64,000 nt of DNA from Pseudovirgaria hyperparasitica (lineage: Eukaryota), in the NCBI GenBank assembly GCA_010093815.1, contig ML996576.1; one strand, given 5' to 3'. The position numbers and the translations under genes are program-made. Below, piece by piece: positions 24,096 through 37,035 of this stretch. How positions within the stretch are numbered: the first letter of the stretch is position 1; each line of letters begins with the position of its first letter. Under the pieces are notes generated by a model, which saw only the letters and a program-made list of their open reading frames with translations, was not told the origin of the DNA and did not search any database.

Positions 24096-25572
24096 ACACG
24101 ACTCCCTGCTGCTGTTGTCGAACGGCGTCCGATCCAATAGCCTCTCGAGATCCTACAGCGCCACAACGGGTGGAACAACTGGGATAAGAATAGAAAGCTG
24201 GTCGAGCTGGGGAAGTGGACAATGGGAAGGCATATGGACAGTGATGGCAAGAGGACATATAGGCAGTAGGCCTAGGTGCAGCCATGCAGATTTGGCAAGA
24301 CCACTGCATAAATAGAATCTATTGAAGAACGACCAGATACGGCCAAGATATGCAAACAGCCTTCAATAGTGACCAGTAAGACTGCAGAGGGACATCCTCA
24401 CTGTGCCATCATCTATTTAAGAGGTTCTCCCCAGCGGAAAGCTATGAATAATACCTTCGCTCAAGTATGGCACGCCTAAGAATGTAGATGTCGCGCGAGC
24501 CCTTATCAGCCACTTCTAGCCATATGCATCGCGGATATGTTCAAGTATTGGAAGGTTAACCGTGACGACCCAGTATCTTGGGCCTTTATTGGCCATTGGA
24601 ATCCGCCTTTGAGGGCAATATTAGTAATCTCACTTCCCGTAGGTACCTAACCATCGATGCGGAAATCTCTCATTTATCAACGTGATCGGCTTCTCCATAA
24701 GCGTTGCTCAGCACATATAGGTCTTTTATATATGCGCTACCGAGCCCCTATGATGGCAGCGCGCGATCGATGATAAGATTACTGTCAAACCCCATCCGTG
24801 CTGACAATGCTCCCATGTTGCCAAGCTGTACAGACAAAGTCGGAATAGGATCGCCGTCTATAGATCGTCTGAACCATCACACGACCATCACACGACCATC
24901 GACACGCCACAGGTCCTCTGATTGAGCACGATGATGACTAGCCCTACACGGGACAGGCAATCAATAATCACAGGAACATCCGCAGCGTGTCGAGATGCAC
25001 CGACGCTTCCATGTCTTTAGCTACCATCCTCGTCGATTGACTGAGCACAACGCCTGTTCGGCTCCTATATCTAGTCCATGGGAAAGATTTGTATTTGCTA
25101 AATCGACCAGGCATCGAAAAGGCGTATCACTCTTTCGGACCCTTGTCCTGTCCAAGCCCTACGCATCAACTCTCCGTCTACGGTTAAATCTCCTATCTTC
25201 GTATTTCTACGGTGATCATCGCACCTCTATGTGTATCGCCCACTTACCCTTAGTACCTCCCATTTCTTCTACTACCGAAACGCCCATGGACCATCTCGTA
25301 CGCTATCATTATATGCCTTGCTCATATAGCTTCCTCACAACTATCATTAGCACAACCAAACCAAGCCCATCACCACTCTATACATTGCCCACCCATTGCC
25401 GTACATACAATCCAACACCACATCCACACGCACACCCTATCCATATCATGACTACCTAGCCCCTACTCTACGCAACCCAGCGTCCCCATTACATCTACCA
25501 CCATTTAAATTATATACATACCTATCATACCCCTCAACCCCCCATCCTTTCGACCTGCCTACCTAACCACTG

Positions 25573-25601
25573 CTCACTCCTCACTCCTCACTCCTCACTC
25601 C
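25573..25601. repeat. 7-bp microsatellite
   Basis: (CTCACTC) x4. Confidence 0.85.
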
Positions 25602-26515
25602 TTATCGTCCACAAAGAGCATTATACACACACCACAACTGCTCCTTGCTACCAGTACCCCGCATCACCGCCCAACAGCTGTATGTATGTACGTATATGTA
25701 CGTATATGTACGAACATCTCCTTACCCTACATATACGATACTACTTCCTAGACTCGCATCTGGCCAGGACAAGCTAGGATAACCAGCACCGACTGTGCGG
25801 CGAATCATAGAGTGCGAGGTGCTGAGATGGTTGGTATGGTTTGGAGTAAGTGGTGTGCTGTGTTTGACTGTGTTTGAATTTGCTGTGCCGTGCAGATTTT
25901 GAAGGGATTGTCTACGCAAGGATTATGTATCGAGAGGTGGTTTTGTGATGTATGTATCTACATGTATACGAAGCATAGAGCAAAGAAAGGATTACACATG
26001 GGATATAAGCAGTGACATGGGTTAGAAAGGGTTCAGTAGTTTAGATGGGTGAGTGTGCGATTCGTGGACGGATAGAAAAGGGAGCGGACGTGGTGAATCA
26101 ACTGATGTGACGACCTTGAATAGTGCGCTGGAGGTAATATTTACGCCTGTTGAGTGTGCTGGAGATGAAGATGTCGTGGATATGGGTTGGTGTGGAAGGG
26201 GATGAAAACGCCCAACAGTTTAGGGCAGAGGCTGCGAAGTTCGCAGTATGCGAGGTCTCAACAAGGCGTCGTCGATGAACACACAAGGGCTGCATAGGAC
26301 TTTGAATGACAGAGGGCCCGTTGTGCTATAATGTGCATTTTCTAGACTTTCTCGACTGCTATGTACGGTAAGGTCAGTTTTGCCTCCATGCAATGCGCAC
26401 GCAGTACGCGCGTGCCGGCCTGAAATGCTCTCATTCCAAGTCCATCCATTCCCTTCATCCGCTTTTACCTACAGAGACAGCACCACCGGATGTTTCAGAC
26501 AACCATTCAATGTCA

Positions 26516-29500
26516 CTATTCGATCAGCTGGGGATTGGTGAGCGAACCGGTGCTCGTGTTTGATATCGCGTGTTGGCGGCAGGCAGTCCAGATTTCTGAG
26601 ATGATTTTGCGAGCTGTGGCTCCGCGAGCACTATCATTCCTATATTAGCCTCTATACACACTCATTCATGCCCAGTAGAAGTGTTACTAACCCCATGATC
26701 GACCGCATAAACTTCATTTTTGCATTTCGCATATCTCCAGAGGGATCTGAGACTACCTTTTCCAGGCTTCGCTCGATCCAGAGCCTGGAGTCTGGCTCCA
26801 CTTGGATAAGTTTCGTGAAAGGGACACTCAGATACTCTAGAGCGCTTTTTGGGGCACCGCCGCAGATTTGTTCCACGAGGACGTCGCAAAGCCGAGGCCC
26901 GAAATGGGTGGTTGCTTCTTTGGCGATGCTCTGCATTCGAGGCCTCCCTTCAGCGGATGCAGTTATGATAGTGGTCTGTTTAAGTATAAGTAGTGCATGG
27001 TCATATCTTCAGCCTGACTCACCCAGAATAAAGCTGCCGCACGCTTCGGAAGCACGTCCGAGCCTTGTAAGGCACGCAACGTAAATTCCACACCCATCCG
27101 CAGTGCCACTCCATATTCGACAAGAACGCTGGCAAAATCGCCAGAGATATAATTGGAAAGCACTTCAATGCAGGTCTGTGCTACCTCTGGGTCTTCAGAT
27201 GGTTGGTCTAGTTGCCACATCAATTTGACGATGTGCGTCAACATCCTGAGTGCAGCGTCCTTGAATTGTGGATTCGCATGGTCAACGTGGGATTTGACGA
27301 ATATTGATGCGGTTGACATGATAATCGGAAGTCTCGGCGTTTGTAAGGTCGTTCTTTCGATGAATTTTGTGGTGGCATCTGCGGGGAGTACGAAAGGCCC
27401 TGGGAGTTTCTCCTTGTATCCAGCACGCAGGACTTGGCAAGCTTGTTCGATCACCTCTGGGTCATTCTCAAGTACCTGGGTTGTGGTGTTGATGCAAGAT
27501 AATATTCTCTCATGGACTGGATGCCACACGAGATTTAAATGCTGGTCGATGACTGCACCTATGTGGGCGTCGTCCGGTGCTTGCATACCCTTGCCCAGAC
27601 TTGCGAGGCATGCCATGGCGGTGTAAGCTTTGACTTGACCTTCTTCAATTCGATTTGCAGCCACATGTTCGAGCATACCCCTTATGTCATCTTCGATGAA
27701 ATTCAAGAGACGAGATACCCAGTCCACTTGATCCTGGACATTGGATAACGCTTGAACCACAGATGCGATTCCTTCCATGACTTTCTCTCGGGTCAATACG
27801 TCTGCAGTTGAAGAGGAGCAAAATGACGCGTAGTGTTGTACGAAGGCCGGCAGTTCTGCAGTAAGATGGCTGCGACAAGACGAGCAAAGCTTGCTAATGG
27901 ATCTTGCGGTCTCTATAGCTAGATTTGCAACGGTCAAAGACGAGAAGAGGAAGTTTAGTGCACTGGGAAGGAGCTCAACCCTCCGTTCGAATATGGGCGA
28001 GTATTGCCCAAGCAACTCCACCGCAGTTCGCCGTACTCGACCTGGGATCGAGGCATCTGCTGACAGCTCTGAGAATAGAGATGATTTGAACAATGACAGC
28101 AGGTTCTCATCTTCCGGACTCCCTGTTACAAGAGTCTCGCTAATTGAGTCTGCCAGAGCGTTAAGACAGAACAACGAAGCTTCGACACTCATCCAGTCCT
28201 TGGTCGCAAGTTGATGATTAGCAGTCTGCGTGAGGCTATCTGTCAACTCTGAACCGAGGAATGTGTAGGCTGATTGCAATATGTCCTGGAAGTCCGTTCG
28301 AAAGCTACTGAAGGACTGTCTAGTATCGCTGCTCCAGGTCGAGGTAATCCGGCTTGGCGGGAAGTTGAGTTTGACGAAGAGTTCGTGGAGAGCTTGTCGA
28401 GCTTCTCGCATAGCTGACTGTAGCCATGGAGGAGCTCCACTGTCTGATTGGTACATCTGCTCGTTGACAGACTCAATGTACTGACCCCAGAACTCGAGGC
28501 CTAGTGGTGCGTATTCGTCATCATCTCCAGGCGTGCCAGGGCATTGCAGCAGCATGTGGAGTAAATCTGCTTATCGTCAGTATAGCTTCAGCGAGACTGG
28601 ACTACATGAATCATACCGAGAAGAGACCGTGATAGTCTCGTGTCGGTCTCTTGAGTCAACCGGTCTATCTCGATCTCCGCGAAAGCAATCAGCAAACGGC
28701 TGAAGACCACCGAAGAGGGATCGCCTTCACGCATGCTTGCAACGTTTTTTTCACACCAAGAGCTCGTGAATAGCACGTAGAAATGTTCTTTGACGTTCTG
28801 AGCGGACCGGGATCGGAGTATGGGCCCTGAGCTATCAAGCCAGTCGACGAAGATGTTTTCGGCGTCATCGACTCCTACATATATGGCAGTCAAAGCCAAA
28901 GGAATCACGTCAACTATCGTTTGGACAAGTTCTGGATCAAACATCCATTCGCGCTGGCAGTAATACGACCAGGACTACTCGACATGATCAGCATCGATCA
29001 ATTTCGCACACATGCATTAAATATTTCAGCAAGATGGTATTAACTTACCACGAAGCTTGACAAACTCGTTTGCACGACTCTATATGCTGCGTCGGACAGC
29101 TGACCAGTAGTACTCATATCTGCGGTTGACTCCATGGGGGTACCAAATCGCAGGCCACACTGTATAAGCCAGCTCACGTCTTCTGCGTTGTCTCTCATAT
29201 GATTATGTATTTTGCGGCTGGTAGAGGTCAGTCAGAGGAGATGGCAGCGATGCGGAGCTTGCAATGCATACCTTTCGATGCCATCGAGCTTCCCTATCTC
29301 ATCTGCCAAGTCCGTCGCAAACCATAGTACGCATTGCAATTGGAGTGCAGTCAGGTGTGAAATGATCTCCATGAAATTGCCGAGTCCAGACACCATCGAT
29401 TCCTCCACATAACGGCCTTCGTAAAGGGAACAGGCAAGTTGTCGAATGCATAGGGACCAATTAAGTATCGGTTTGCAGAAGAAGGTTACCAGGGTCGAGC

Positions 29501-30024
29501 AAAGCTTCTTGATAACGAATGGCGGTTCATGACGATTGATGGGATTAACGAATTGTATCTGAACATTTTAGCATCTGTACCATTAGTGAAAGCCCCGACC
29601 ACATGTCTAGGCAGCTCTCTGAAGAGTGATGGCGAAATTTATGCCACTATGTGATAGGGGCGAGCTGGAAAATCTTACCAGGCAGGTGACGAGACCAGAC
29701 AACAAGGTCTCACCTGATGGCTCTTGATCGCTGCCAATCTTTCTCCTAGAAACAGTAAGCTCGTGGTGTTGACTTGATTCATGGTGGATACCAATCGACA
29801 TTAAGCTTTATAGTCAACGTGAGGGCACCGAAGAATCTAACGTTAGCGTCATCATTGGAGAGAAGTCTCTCTGCTACATCCCAGCCGGCATCTGAACGTT
29901 GCCATTGATGGAGCTTGGCTTGTATCCTTGACACCTGTTTTGCCGAACCAGGCTGGTACAGCTGCTTCACGAGAGTTTCTATATCCTCGAAGCTTTGTGG
30001 CGTTGTGTTTGCTGACTGAGCCAT
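26516..30024 (-). CDS. Importin-beta family karyopherin (Kap122/importin-13-like), multi-exon
   Basis: LYQPG..QWQRSDAGWDVAERLL..NVRFFGALTLTIKL N-terminus; HEAT-like WMSVEASLFCLNALAD, QICGGAPKSALEYL; canonical introns. Confidence 0.85.
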
Positions 30025-30406
30025 CTTTGATATGTGGCGCACGCAAGAATCGCGGTCGATGAGCAACGGGAGCAATTGCTGGAGTGGTTAGTGCAACATG
30101 GAGTCTACTGCGAACAAAATGCGGCGAATGCCACGTGGTTGTGATGAAGATGAAGTCAAGACTGTAGTGGTTGTTGTATCAACCTTTTGTGATGACTCCA
30201 GTCTCCAGTGAGCGAGCGCGTCCACTAATGGTGGCCTTATTGCCTTAGGAAAAAAGAAAAGCAGTCTAAGCCTAGATTGGTTAGTACATGACCTATCTGA
30301 TGCAGCTCCCCAGTCGCCCCACGTAGCCACCACCACCACGGCCGAAGCAAAGCGACGTGGTCTCGCGACCTATAATTCATCTACGCCGCTCGACCCTTTG
30401 TTGTTT

Positions 30407-32739
30407 ATGAAGCTTGCTTGCTCATTGTTTTCTGAGACCTTCTTCGGTCCTCGTTTCTCACTCTGCCTCTCTAAACCCCATGTCGTTCGCCCCAGACTGG
30501 TCTATCGTCCCCAGGTCATACGCTTCTTCCATTCGACCTCGATAAGAGCATCTACTGCAGACATGGAGAAAGTCGACACCACAGAGAGGCTTGCCAAGCT
30601 TCGAGAGCTCATGAAAGAGTCAAAAGTAGACGTCTACAGTACGCTCCAATGCTATCACAGAGCTATTGTGCTCCAGCTGATCGTCACGAACAGTCATACC
30701 ATCTGAAGACAGTCATCAGTCGGAATACATAGCAGCCTGCGACGGCCGAAGAGGTTAGCTGAAGTCATAAATCAACAAAATTGTGCAGAGTCTCACAGCC
30801 GTAGAGTTCATATGTGGCTTCTCCGGCTCTGCAGGTACAGCTGTCGTTACACTGGAAAAGGCGGCTCTGGCTACCGATGGACGTTATTTCAACCAGGCCG
30901 GGAAACAATTGGACAGCAACTGGGAGCTCCTGAAACAAGGCCTTCAGGATGTGCCGACATGGCAAGAATGGTACATCTCGTGGTAGTGACGGCCAAAAAT
31001 ATATACTGATCGTGGCAGGACTGCTGATCACTCGCAAGGGGGTAAGAGCGTTGGAGTGGACCCTACAATTATTACTGCTCGTGAGTCAAATTGACTATGT
31101 CTTCCCTTCATATGGCTGATTTTACGCAGCCGATGCACGGAAGCTTGCCGACAAAATTAAAAAGAAGGGTGGTTCTGGTCTCGTTGCAGTCAAGGACAAT
31201 CTGGTAGACGCTGTATGGGGGTCTGCGAAGCCATCTCGGCCTGTCGAGCCTGTAAAAGTGCAACCCATTGAATTTGCTGGCAAAAACACCGAAGAGAAAC
31301 TAGCAGATCTGAGGAAAGAACTCGAGAAGAAGAAGAGTGCTGGCTTCGTAGTTTGTATGAAGATTGGCTTACTGCCTCGATCCCAGCTAATTGGTCTCAG
31401 CTATGCTTGACGAGATTGCCTGGCTTTATAACCTCCGAGGCAACGAGTAAGACTAAAAGTGCAATGCGTCATATGTACTGACTTTACGTAGCATCCCTTA
31501 CAATCCCGTATTCTTTTCGTATGCTGTAGTCACACCCACGAAGGCGACGCTTTATATCGACGATTCAAAGCTCAGCGATGAGGTTAAGTCTCATTTAGGC
31601 TCTACAGTAGACATTAGGCCGTACGAGGCCGTTTTCAGTGATATTAATGCCCTCGGAGTCGCTTTGACGGAATCCAAAGCACCTTCAAAATACCTGATAT
31701 CCAATAAAGCATCTTGGGCCCTCAGCCAAAGTCTTGGCGGCGAAGACAAGGTAGAGGAAGCTCGGTCTCCAATTGCCGACGCCAAAGCCATCAAGAATGA
31801 TACCGAACTGGAAGGCATGAGGCAATGTCATATCCGGGATGGCGCTGCGCTGATAGAATACTTCGCATGGCTTGAGAACAAGCTCACTCGAGAGGGAGTT
31901 CAACTCGACGAAGTTCAAGGAGCTGACAAGCTCGAACAAATCCGAAGTAAACACAAGAACTTCGTAGGGCTTTCGTTTGACACCATTTCTTCGACTGGTG
32001 CAAACGCGGCTGTCATTCATTACAAGCCGGAACCAGGTAACTGCTCTACCATTGATCCGAAAGCAATCTATCTCTGCGATTCGGGAGCACAGTATCTGGA
32101 TGGGACCACCGACACTACACGTACGCTGCATTTTGGTGAGCCCACCGAGCTTGAGGTCCGAGCCAACACACTGGTATTAAAAGGACATATTGCTCTGGAC
32201 ACCATCAAATTCCCCAAAGGCACAAGTGGCTTTGCTCTCGATACTTTGGCTCGTCAGCACCTCTGGGCGGAAGGGCTCGACTACAGGCATGGCACTGGCC
32301 ATGGGATTGGATCGTACCTGGTCCGTATCTCTTATTATCACTCAGACACATGCTGACATAGACACAGAATGTGCACGAGGGTCCGATCGGCATCGGCACT
32401 CGAATACAGTATTCCGAAGTATCGCTCTCGGTAGGCAATGTCATCTCGAACGAACCCGGGTATTATGAAGACGGCAACTTTGGCATTCGCATCGAAAACG
32501 TCATAATGGTCAAGGAAGTTGAGACTAAGCATAGATTTGGAGACAAGCCATACCTCGGTTTTGAACACGTCACAATGGTCCCATACTGCAGGAAGCTCAT
32601 TGACGTAAGCATGTTGACGCCTGAGGAGAGGCAATGGTTGAACGACTATAATAAGGCAGTCCTTCAGAAGACGAAGAGTCTGCTTGAAGGCGATGAGCTG
32701 AGCCTGCGATGGTTGGAAAGGGAGACGCAGCCGTATTAA
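30407..32739 (+). CDS. ampp: Xaa-Pro aminopeptidase P (M24B), multi-exon
   Basis: [78 protein letters not shown]; second in-frame ATG at 30563. Confidence 0.95.
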
Positions 32740-33144
32740 TTGTTACCTTATACGGCCTTTATACATCCAAAGCGACATTAGAGCTTTACAGTACGGCATT
32801 AAGAGGGCAATGGAGCGTTTCAGTTCAGGGCGGCATTGGCATTTAGTAGGCATGAGGGACTATGGGTAGGACATGAAATCCTCGCCCTTGTTCAAACTTG
32901 CCATTCTGTCTTGGGGTTTGGACAAACAACAGCGTTGTATAGCATCCATAGAGAGAGTCAGCACTGAGTATGGTCTAGATATTGAAAGCTCGGAGTGCCG
33001 TTTTAGGCAAGGCGTCATGGATCTGCGCTAACACGGCCCTAAATGACGTCGATCACCAACCTCACCTCCCACGTCCTATATCCATCCATAACACTCACAA
33101 AACACATACCCCCAAACGAGCATTCCTCTCTACCTACCTACACA

Positions 33145-33746
33145 ATGGCCTCGCGCACATTCAACCCCCTCCTCCACCGCCCACGCGCCCTCCGTATCGG
33201 CCTCACCTCGCTCTGCGCCGGCGGCCTCGTCGCAACACCCCTGCTCCGTCCCACAAAATACTACTGCGATGCGTCTCCCACACCCCTAAGCTCGCGAGAC
33301 TGGACGCGCAACAGCTCCAGCGGCCTCCCGCCACCCGAAAACTTCATCAGCGCGAAAAACATAAAGCAGATTAGCACGGGCAGCATCCTCGGCTTGCTGG
33401 GCGGCGTGGTAATCAGCATGTTTAGCAAGACGCTGACGTTGCTGATTGGGGTGGGGATCGTGCTTGTGCAGGTGAGTGAGTCGATGGATGCATGAATGAA
33501 TGAATGAATGCGCAACTTGGGCAGGGGGTGTATGGTGTGAGGATTGGTGATTGTGGCTGATGGCTGATATATGATGTGTTGTGTTGCACATAGTTCCTCG
33601 AGAGCCGCGGCATCCCTATTGTTCCGTACGGACAGATACAGAAGATGGCGAAGAATGTGGATATTCAAGGGGCGATGCAGAGGAATGTGGCGCTGAAGTT
33701 GAGCTTTGGGATTACGTTTGCGTTGGCTGCTTTTGCGGGGTTTTGA
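33145..33746 (+). CDS. FUN14-family mitochondrial membrane protein
   Basis: Exons 33145-33471 and 33594-33746; QISTGSILGLLGG..FSKTLTLLIG..VQ-FLESRGI..NVALKLSFGITFALAAF. Confidence 0.8.
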
Positions 33747-33756
33747 GGGGGGTGGT

Positions 33757-33758
33757 TG

Positions 33759-33801
<43 letters not shown>
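33757..33801. repeat. (GT)n microsatellite
   Basis: About 22 GT units with one GC interruption, just after the FUN14 stop. Confidence 0.95.
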
Positions 33802-33803
<2 letters not shown>

Positions 33804-34550
33804 ATAGAGGGTTGGGTGTTTGGGCTGTGTGGGGCGGGGTGGAGGTGTAAGGCCTGCGTGTGGTGCTTGTAGGAATGTAGTAAAATGATTTGGTTGGTAC
33901 AAGGATAGCTTTTGTTGTTGGGATGGTATGGTGATAGTGCTGTTGACGATTGCGATGGCGGGAATGGAATGCTTTGTTGTTGGATTCCCGGGCTTGTAGG
34001 TCTTGGAAGCTGGGTGAGTGCTGGACTGGCTTTTGGATCCGTGGTATATGTTTGCGAAGACAGCGGATCATCATCAGTCACCGCGTTGTTGAATGAATGT
34101 CAGACATACCTCACATACCATGGATTTCTCATATCCATTCGGTCAGTCTCTGGAACATCTCCTAGCTGACACTATCCTTCACTTCAGGCCTAGTATGACA
34201 CAAATACATATCCAGCTAACTACCTATATCTCCTGTACGTCAAGAGCCTCATATACTACGTTCCGTCGATAGAAAAGCATACCTCGGTGCACCTTCCCCC
34301 GAACCCCGGGAGTTCGGAGCATGTTCCGCAAACCGTCCCTCGGAGAGAACACCGCTTCTAAACTACATCATCCTCCCGGGACCCCAGATATTCCCCAACT
34401 TTATCCATCTACTGATTCAGAACATGTGGGGATCTGGGTGGATGTATCGGAAATACAAATGCGGGGAGTTGATATAGAAAGGACGGAGTGTCGCTCCAAT
34501 ATACCATTGCTGAAACCAACTCCATCACTAACCCCTCGACATCAAAAACC

Positions 34551-36053
34551 ATGGCAACACAACCACCCACACCCAACAAACCCATACCCAACACCCCTAC
34601 AAAACCCTCCCACGACATCACCCAACCCACACCCGCAACCCCCACCTCCTTCGCCGCCAAAGACCCCACATGGCACACCACCCACACCAAGTCCCTCCTC
34701 CGCAAAATCGACCTCCACCTCCTCCCCCTCCTCATCACAATGTACCTCCTCAACTTCCTCGACCGCAGCAACCTGGCCCAAGCCCGCCTCGGCACCCTCG
34801 AAGCCGACCTGCACATGTCCGGCCCCACAGACTTCAACCTCGCCACCTCCATCCTCTTCGTCGGCTACCTCCTCATGCAACTGCCCTCGAACCTGCTCCT
34901 CACCCGGCTCCGGCCCTCCGTATACCTCGGCGCCGCCATGGCGCTGTGGGGCGCCATATCCGCTGCGCAGGCGGGCACGCGCTCGTTTGGGGATCTGGTT
35001 GCAGCGCGGTTCTTCTTGGGGTTTGCGGAGGCGCCGTTTTTTCCGGGCGCGGTCATGTTGTTGAGTAGTTGGTATACGCGGGCGGAGCTGGCGCATCGGG
35101 TGGCGTGGTTTTATTCGGGGTCGTCGCTGGCGAATGCGTTTGGGGGGTTGGTTGGGGCGGGGGTGTTGGGGGGTATGGATGGGGCGTGTGGGATTGCTGG
35201 GTGGAGGTGGTTGTTTGTGATTGAGGGGGTGGTGACGGTTTGTGTTGCTGGTGTTGCGGCGGTTGTGTTGCCGGATTATCCGGCGACGACGGGGTGGTTG
35301 GGGGAGGAGGAGAGGGCGTATGCGCGGTGGCGGTTGGAGGAGGATGCGGGCGAGGGGGATGAGGCGGGGGCGAGTGGGATTGTGGAGGGGGTGAGGATGG
35401 CGTTTCGGGATGGTCGGCTGTATGTGTTTACGCTGGTGCAGCATGCGAGTTTGTTGAGTCAGACGTTTCAGTATTTCTTCCCGAGTATTGTGCAGACGCT
35501 TGGGTATGGGAGGACGGAGACGCTGCTGATTACGGCGCCGGTGTGGATTGGGACGTTCTTGGTTTCGTTGGCGGTGACGTATTCGTCTGGGAAGACGGGC
35601 GATCGGAGTCTGCATATTATTTTGCTGATGATGGTTAGCTTTGTGGGGAATGTGATTGCGACGGCGACGACAAACGTACCGGCGAGGTTCTTTGCCATGT
35701 TTCTGATGCCTATGGGGGCAGTGGCGGCGTATCAGGTCATTCTGGCGTGGGTTGCTAACAGCTTTTCAAGACCGCTGGTGAAGAGGAGTGCTTGTATCAG
35801 CTTTGCCAACATGATTGGGAATACGGCGAATATCTACGGACCGTACATGTATCCGAAGACGGACTCGCCGCGTTATATCCCAGGTGGAAGCGCGACCGCG
35901 GCTGTGGCACTGTTTGTTGCTGGCATGGCTGGTATCATTAGGTTGCTACTTGCCAGGGAGAATAGCAAGTTGCAGAAGCGTGAGGAAGCAGATCCTGAAG
36001 AGACCAACGGACGTGTGGATGAAAGAGCGAGGGGTTTCAGATATATTCTCTGA
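34551..36053 (+). CDS. MFS transporter, anion:cation symporter (Tna1/Dal5-like)
   Basis: LLRKIDLHLLP, LNFLDRSNLAQARL, QLPSNLLL, RFFLGFAEAPFFPG, LSSWYTRAEL, GWRWLFVIEG, terminal GFRYIL; intronless. Confidence 0.93.
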   Translation: MATQPPTPNKPIPNTPTKPSHDITQPTPATPTSFAAKDPTWHTTHTKSLLRKIDLHLLPLLITMYLLNFLDRSNLAQARLGTLEADLHMSGPTDFNLATSILFVGYLLMQLPSNLLLTRLRPSVYLGAAMALWGAISAAQAGTRSFGDLVAARFFLGFAEAPFFPGAVMLLSSWYTRAELAHRVAWFYSGSSLANAFGGLVGAGVLGGMDGACGIAGWRWLFVIEGVVTVCVAGVAAVVLPDYPATTGWLGEEERAYARWRLEEDAGEGDEAGASGIVEGVRMAFRDGRLYVFTLVQHASLLSQTFQYFFPSIVQTLGYGRTETLLITAPVWIGTFLVSLAVTYSSGKTGDRSLHIILLMMVSFVGNVIATATTNVPARFFAMFLMPMGAVAAYQVILAWVANSFSRPLVKRSACISFANMIGNTANIYGPYMYPKTDSPRYIPGGSATAAVALFVAGMAGIIRLLLARENSKLQKREEADPEETNGRVDERARGFRYIL

Positions 36054-37035
36054 ATCAAACCACACGAATTCTGATGAACATGAAACACAAGACCAGAGGT
36101 GTAGCAGAATTTCATGTGTATGTGCTGATTTGCTGTACTTCTTGCTCCCTGTTCTGACCATATATCATTCTCCAACTCGAATGTGTATCTTGGTAGGGGG
36201 CTTCTTCTTCGACTAAGTCAAGGTCGAGACGGACGACCACATTCAATTTCCTTCAAGCCCGTGCCTCTTTTCTCTTCAGCTCCGAAGGCAAAGCTGATTA
36301 GACATCTACCATTCTCTTAAAGGGGACCTGAGGCTGCTCATAGCCCTCTTACTCACTTCTTCTCTTATCGTATTTCACTGGTGTTGGCTCGATTGTGATT
36401 GACCGAACAGTCAAGCATCTGCGTTGCAGTCCTGGAAGCACTCACCTTAAAGGTCGTTGACACATCTTTTCGTCCCATCCAGTATCTGGTACAGCTTCTC
36501 ATTCGCGTCAGGTAGGCTTCAATAGAATCCCTCGATACATTCATGGCTCTTGTTCTGCATGCTTCTGAACATTTACACCTCTCGATCCGGCTCATTGATC
36601 AGCAAGACTAGCGAACAGGACTTTGTCCTGCTGCTGTGGACTTACATTGACGAACCGGCGGGCGTAGACAAGACCTGCACATCCCATACAAAGCCATCAA
36701 TTCACTTCCCAAGTAGCAACGGACCCCATCCAGCGCCTGCCCATTGGCCAGTGGGAAAAAATCCCATTGTCCCAAGCTCACCTAGCGAGCGGTGAAAGTG
36801 AAGCAGCCCATCGATAAACAAGACACGTCCCACACGGTAGCTCCCGTTTCTTGCCACAACAACAACAATAACCACCACGTTCACCCAACAAGGAGCGTCG
36901 TACGACCAGCAAATTTCCCACATCTTTTTTTTTGTATAAAGTCTCCAGATCTTCGAGAAACTTTCGTCTCAATCCATCACTTCTGATCACCCAGCTCATC
37001 CATCACTTCGGAATACCCAGGACAAGTCATCCGTC

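Noticed and set aside
34542..35615. 357-aa antisense ORF over the MFS gene, and similar ones such as 57732-58898
   Set aside because: Shadow frames caused by codon bias and local skew
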